Program-made: the position numbers and the translations under genes
Source: Paracoccaceae bacterium
GTDB lineage: Bacteria > Pseudomonadota > Alphaproteobacteria > Rhodobacterales > Rhodobacteraceae
Assembly (NCBI GenBank): GCA_006844665.1
Contig: SPJP01000021.1
Location: 1-62,688, forward strand
Direction of reading: 5' to 3'
DNA: 62,688 nucleotides
Shown here: positions 59,159-62,688 of the stretch, one piece after another
How the letters are laid out: every line of letters starts with the position of its first letter
Numbering within the stretch: the first letter of the stretch is position 1
The notes under the pieces: model-generated
What the model saw: the letters and a program-made list of their open reading frames with translations, nothing else
Databases searched by the model: none
What the model was told of the DNA's origin: nothing

Positions 59159-59536
59159 TTAGAACAGCCCTTGCGCAAGGATCATCAAAGCGCCTGCTGC
59201 CAAGACATAACCCGCATCCACCAAAGTTGCTTTGCCGGATTTCTGGCTAAACAGGTCCATTCCAGCAACAAATAGCGCGACTGCCACGATTGCGCCGATA
59301 GCTGTCATGATGGCTTGATCGGTTTCTGTGATCCCAACGACCAGCGCTAGGACAGCGGTTCCCAAAAACTGAACCACCATGGCCAAGACCGGCGGTTTTT
59401 CGGGGGCTTGAATGTTGTGGCTGCCCAACGCCCAAACCTTGCCGAACATAAGCGGGCTGAACCACACCATACCAAGGCCAAATGCAGCAATCGTTCCCGT
59501 GATGACGGCTGTCCAATTCATCAACTCAATATCCAT
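59159..59536 (-). CDS. DUF1761 family membrane protein
   Basis: NW.AV...AAF.LG..W.SP..FG..W and DAGY motifs. Confidence 0.8.
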   Translation of the reverse strand: MDIELMNWTAVITGTIAAFGLGMVWFSPLMFGKVWALGSHNIQAPEKPPVLAMVVQFLGTAVLALVVGITETDQAIMTAIGAIVAVALFVAGMDLFSQKSGKATLVDAGYVLAAGALMILAQGLF

Positions 59537-59547
59537 TTTAGCCTTCC

Positions 59548-59973
59548 TTATGCCGCAAGCGCTGTATCAAGCGTTTCAAGAATTGCGGTCCACCCGCCTT
59601 GGTGATTGTCACGGGTTTCCGCATCTACGAACCGCTCATGGGTCAGGGTTACATGTGTTCCGCCATCAACAGGCGCAAATGTCAAAGTCACGGTGCTGTC
59701 TCCGACCGAGAAGGGGCTTTCCCATGTGAAGACCAAGCGCTCATGGGGTTTGATTTCGCGGTACGTTCCTGCATGGGGCATCTCGTTGCCATTCGCGGAC
59801 ATCACTATTTCGAAACGGCCACCTTCTGCGGGGTCGCTTGACGCTTTGGGCACGCTCATACCCGCCGCTGGCATCATGAATTTGCGCAGCATCTCTGGAT
59901 CGAGCCAGGCATTAAAGACATCTGCCGGTGCGGCTTTTATCGTGCGTTCAACTGTCAAACTAAGATCAGTCAT
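59548..59973 (-). CDS. SRPBCC/AHSA1 domain protein
   Basis: VFNAWLDP, GTYREI.P..RLVFTW and H..GW..IL. Confidence 0.88.
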   Translation of the reverse strand: MTDLSLTVERTIKAAPADVFNAWLDPEMLRKFMMPAAGMSVPKASSDPAEGGRFEIVMSANGNEMPHAGTYREIKPHERLVFTWESPFSVGDSTVTLTFAPVDGGTHVTLTHERFVDAETRDNHQGGWTAILETLDTALAA

Positions 59974-60313
59974 CTGTGTCTTCTCCTTGTGTCATAAGGG
60001 TATCGAGCGAGTCCAATCTGAGATCCCAGATCGAGCGCAGTTCGGCGAACCACCTGTCAATTTCCGAAAGCGGGCCCATCTGAACTTCGATAAGATGTTC
60101 ACGCCATTCTGTACGCCGAACGACCAGCGCAGCTCGCTCCAAGACTTTGATATGTTTGGAAACCGAGTTCAGGCTCATCTCAAACTGACAATGGATATCG
60201 GTCACCCGCATTGGGCCGTTCTGTGCCAAAAGCGTCAGAATGGCCCGCCGCGTAGGATCGCTGGCAGCTTTAAGAAGCTCGTTTAGAGCGTCAGATTTAA
60301 TTCGTTCAACCAT
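59966..60313 (-). CDS. ArsR/SmtB family regulator
   Basis: DPTRRAIL and VSKHIKVLERA; start ATG 60313 preferred. Confidence 0.88.
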   Translation of the reverse strand: MVERIKSDALNELLKAASDPTRRAILTLLAQNGPMRVTDIHCQFEMSLNSVSKHIKVLERAALVVRRTEWREHLIEVQMGPLSEIDRWFAELRSIWDLRLDSLDTLMTQGEDTDD

Positions 60314-60322
60314 ATGGATGAA
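60305..60322. promoter_or_regulatory. Autoregulatory operator palindrome over the ArsR start codon
   Basis: TTCAACCAT-ATGGATGAA (8/9 inverted repeat); TTGACG -35 on the minus strand at 60348-60343. Confidence 0.65.
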
Positions 60323-60470
60323 TAACAAGAAGAACGACCAACCGTCAACGTTCCTGCGATGTATGGATCCGAAAGAGTTTGCGCTTCACACTTGGAGCCG
60401 GGCTACCAAGGGTATGCGCGGAACAGACATGTCCCGAGTTGAAGCCTGATTGGAAATTCGTAGACCCAAC

Positions 60471-60498
60471 GAAAAAGGGGACCCAAAGGCCCCCTTTC
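60471..60498 (-). terminator. Intrinsic terminator of the ABC operon
   Basis: AAAAAGGGG-loop-CCCCTTT, giving a U-tract on the minus strand just after the SBP stop. Confidence 0.65.
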
Positions 60499-60519
60499 GC
60501 TTTGCTATCTGGATGTGGC

Positions 60520-61464
60520 TTACTTTGTTGGTGCACCAGACCAGATATAGTCTGCTGTTTCCAACTCGCGGCTTACAAACCCGTATTTCACCAGGCCGGA
60601 CACCTGAGTAGCCCAGAGCTCTGTGTTGAATTCCGATTGCAGACCCGCGAGCGGGCGGTTCATCAGATATTCTGGTGGAAGCGGTGTGTTTTCCACATCG
60701 ATGCGCCGGACTTCATCTGGATTTGCGTTGGCCCATTCATGTGCCTGCTGCATCGCCTCAACAAATTTTGTCAGAACCTCTTCGTTTTCGGCAGCCCAAA
60801 TCTTGCTTGCTGCAAAGAACACGGCAGGGGTGTTCAAGATAACTTGCTCTGAATACTCAGAAAGCTCGCGCATGCCGCCTGCTTTGCCAAAGTCAAAGAA
60901 CAAGCCAATAGGAATGCCCGCATCAACCGCGCCAGACTCGATCGCTTGTGTCACGCCCGGGAAGGGCAGGTTCACCAGCTCGACGTCATCACGGGTCATG
61001 CCCGCGGCGGCGAGTGCTTCAAGTAGGTAGAGCCCTTGAGGGCTGGCGATGCCCGGCAGGCCGATTGTTTTGCCGCGAAGGTCGGTGACCGACTGAACGT
61101 CGCTATTTGCGTTCACCAGCAATCCGTGGCTGGCAATGACGCCGTCGTCTTGGCCATTCAGTATGGCGAACACAGGCGCGCCATTTGCAACAGCTGCAGT
61201 AAGGGGCACGCCGCCGGTCATCGCGATTTGGCTTTGGCCAGAGACAAGCTCTGCAATCGCAGCATCTGGGGATGTTCCGATGGCAAGCTCGACGGCGATG
61301 CCGCGCTCTTCGAAATAGCCTTGCTCTTGGGCGACGATCAGACCCTGAAATTGCCCCACTGGCGAGCGGTTGACACGCAGCGTCGTCACATCCTGGGCAA
61401 GCGCCGTGCCAGCCACTACAGTGGCAACGGCTGCAAGGCCGATTTTGAAAAATAGGTTGTTCAT
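60520..61464 (-). CDS. ABC transporter substrate-binding protein (SsuA/TauA/NMT1-like)
   Basis: Signal peptide; AQEQGYFEERGI, DLRGKTIG and GAVDA. Confidence 0.88.
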   Translation of the reverse strand: MNNLFFKIGLAAVATVVAGTALAQDVTTLRVNRSPVGQFQGLIVAQEQGYFEERGIAVELAIGTSPDAAIAELVSGQSQIAMTGGVPLTAAVANGAPVFAILNGQDDGVIASHGLLVNANSDVQSVTDLRGKTIGLPGIASPQGLYLLEALAAAGMTRDDVELVNLPFPGVTQAIESGAVDAGIPIGLFFDFGKAGGMRELSEYSEQVILNTPAVFFAASKIWAAENEEVLTKFVEAMQQAHEWANANPDEVRRIDVENTPLPPEYLMNRPLAGLQSEFNTELWATQVSGLVKYGFVSRELETADYIWSGAPTK

Positions 61465-61485
61465 TTTGTCCTCCCTAGGAACGGT

Positions 61486-62283
61486 TTATTGTCCCATGAT
61501 TTCACGCATCACTCGGTTGCGCGCCTTCATGAAATTCGGATCAGATTTGGTCGCAATTTGTTCGCGCTCTTTGCCAAGTGGCACATGTACAACGTCGACC
61601 ACGCTGGCCGGTTTGTTGTTCAAAACGACGACGCGGTCCGACATATAGACCGCCTCATCAATGTCGTGGGTTACAAGAATAACGCTGATGCCAAGACGGC
61701 GTTGCAGATCAATTACCAGATCTTCAAGCACCAGTTTCGTTTGCGCATCAAGCGAACCGAAAGGTTCATCCATCAAGAGAATATGCGCATCATAAGCCAA
61801 AGCACGGGCGATAGCGACGCGCTGTTGCATACCCCCTGACAGTTCCCACGGGTAACTGTCAGCGGCCTGTTCCAAACCCACATCTGCAAGGCATTTCCGA
61901 GCAGTTTCTTCACGATCTGCCTTTGGAACCCCTTTGCCTTCCAGCGGAAATGCAACGTTTTGGATGGTCGTCATCCAAGGAAACATCGAGCCGCGGTAGT
62001 CCTGAAAAACCAGGCCAATTTCTTCAACCGGGCCGGTGACCTTTTCGCTGCCGATTACGACCTCACCTGCCGTCAGATCTGTCAATCCAGAGAGACTGCG
62101 CAACAAAGTGGTCTTGCCGACACCAGAAGGGCCGACGATGGCGACGATTTCGCCAGGATCAACTGTCAGATCGATCCCATTCAAGACCTCGAACGCACCG
62201 TAGCTTTTGCTTAGATTGGTCACGCGCATTGGCGGTGCCGTGGCTTCAGTATTCACTGCAGACATATGTCTTTCATCTTTCAT
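61486..62283 (-). CDS. ABC transporter ATP-binding protein (NitT/TauT family)
   Basis: GPSGVGKT, LSGGMQQR, MDEPFGSLD and THDIDEA. Confidence 0.92.
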   Translation of the reverse strand: MKDERHMSAVNTEATAPPMRVTNLSKSYGAFEVLNGIDLTVDPGEIVAIVGPSGVGKTTLLRSLSGLTDLTAGEVVIGSEKVTGPVEEIGLVFQDYRGSMFPWMTTIQNVAFPLEGKGVPKADREETARKCLADVGLEQAADSYPWELSGGMQQRVAIARALAYDAHILLMDEPFGSLDAQTKLVLEDLVIDLQRRLGISVILVTHDIDEAVYMSDRVVVLNNKPASVVDVVHVPLGKEREQIATKSDPNFMKARNRVMREIMGQ

Positions 62284-62688
62284 TAGCTTGCGCCGTCGTC
62301 ATCGGTTTGGAAGTGCCATTTCAGCGCCCAGCGTTCGAACTTTAGGAATGCCGCGCTCAGCAGGTAACCAAGGAGGCCGGTCAAAAGGGTGCCCCCCCAA
62401 GCCTCTGCCATGGCGAAGCTTTCTTTCTTTTCGCGGATGTAAAAGCCCAGCCCTTTGCTGGCCCCGACGAATTCTGAAATGACCATCAGAACCAAGGACA
62501 CCGCTAAAGCGATCCGCACTCCGGCCATGATCTGCGGAAGGGCCGCCATGAACAGGATCTTACGGTTGCGCAGACCAAAGGGGATGCGAAAGGCGCGGGC
62601 GGTTTCCATCAATTGAGGGTTCATTCCGCGGACGCCATCGACTGTGTTAAGTAGGATTGGCCAAACGCAGGCAAAGGCGATGATGAAC
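62283..62688 (-). CDS. ABC transporter permease (NitT/TauT family), 5' end outside the window
   Basis: WPILLNTVDGVRG, AALPQIMAGVR and SEF.G...GLG; the frame is open to the window edge. Confidence 0.88.
   Translation of the reverse strand, partial: FIIAFACVWPILLNTVDGVRGMNPQLMETARAFRIPFGLRNRKILFMAALPQIMAGVRIALAVSLVLMVISEFVGASKGLGFYIREKKESFAMAEAWGGTLLTGLLGYLLSAAFLKFERWALKWHFQTDDDGAS

Noticed and set aside
58993-59275. Small ORFs between the SDR and DUF1761 genes
   Set aside because: No SD sequence, motif or coding-like codon bias.

Overview
A 62.7-kb chromosomal segment from an alphaproteobacterium, most likely Rhodobacteraceae/Roseobacteraceae, judging by gene order (hdaA-ppk-ppx, proS-lolCD, cysS-cimA, zwf-pgl-pgi, split-MetH cluster). 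Positions 1-46.1 kb are mostly core genes: the end of an Mrp antiporter operon, polyphosphate genes, tRNA synthetases, parE, central carbon genes, tRNA-Gly(CCC) and a corrinoid/folate C1 cluster. Positions 46.2-58.1 kb hold the most interesting module. It has a minimal alginate-type synthase set (alg44-like with degenerate c-di-GMP motifs, alg8-like, algD), an RTX Ca-binding secreted protein, and a LuxR-type response regulator. The regulator is divergent from a PruR-like (putative pterin-binding) periplasmic protein and a FixL-type-PAS hybrid kinase. A shared CTATAC-N4-(G)TATAG motif and CtrA-like boxes sit in front of three transcription units of this module. Other signals are a 307-bp MITE inserted into the shared stop-codon CTAG of two convergent genes, an 18-bp collapsed copy of its ends, a DnaA-box/GANTC cluster at parE, and a possible Cys/Ile-rich leader peptide before cysS-cimA. 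No CRISPR array, rRNA, transposase or integrase was seen. All calls come from motif recognition by eye; no searches were run.
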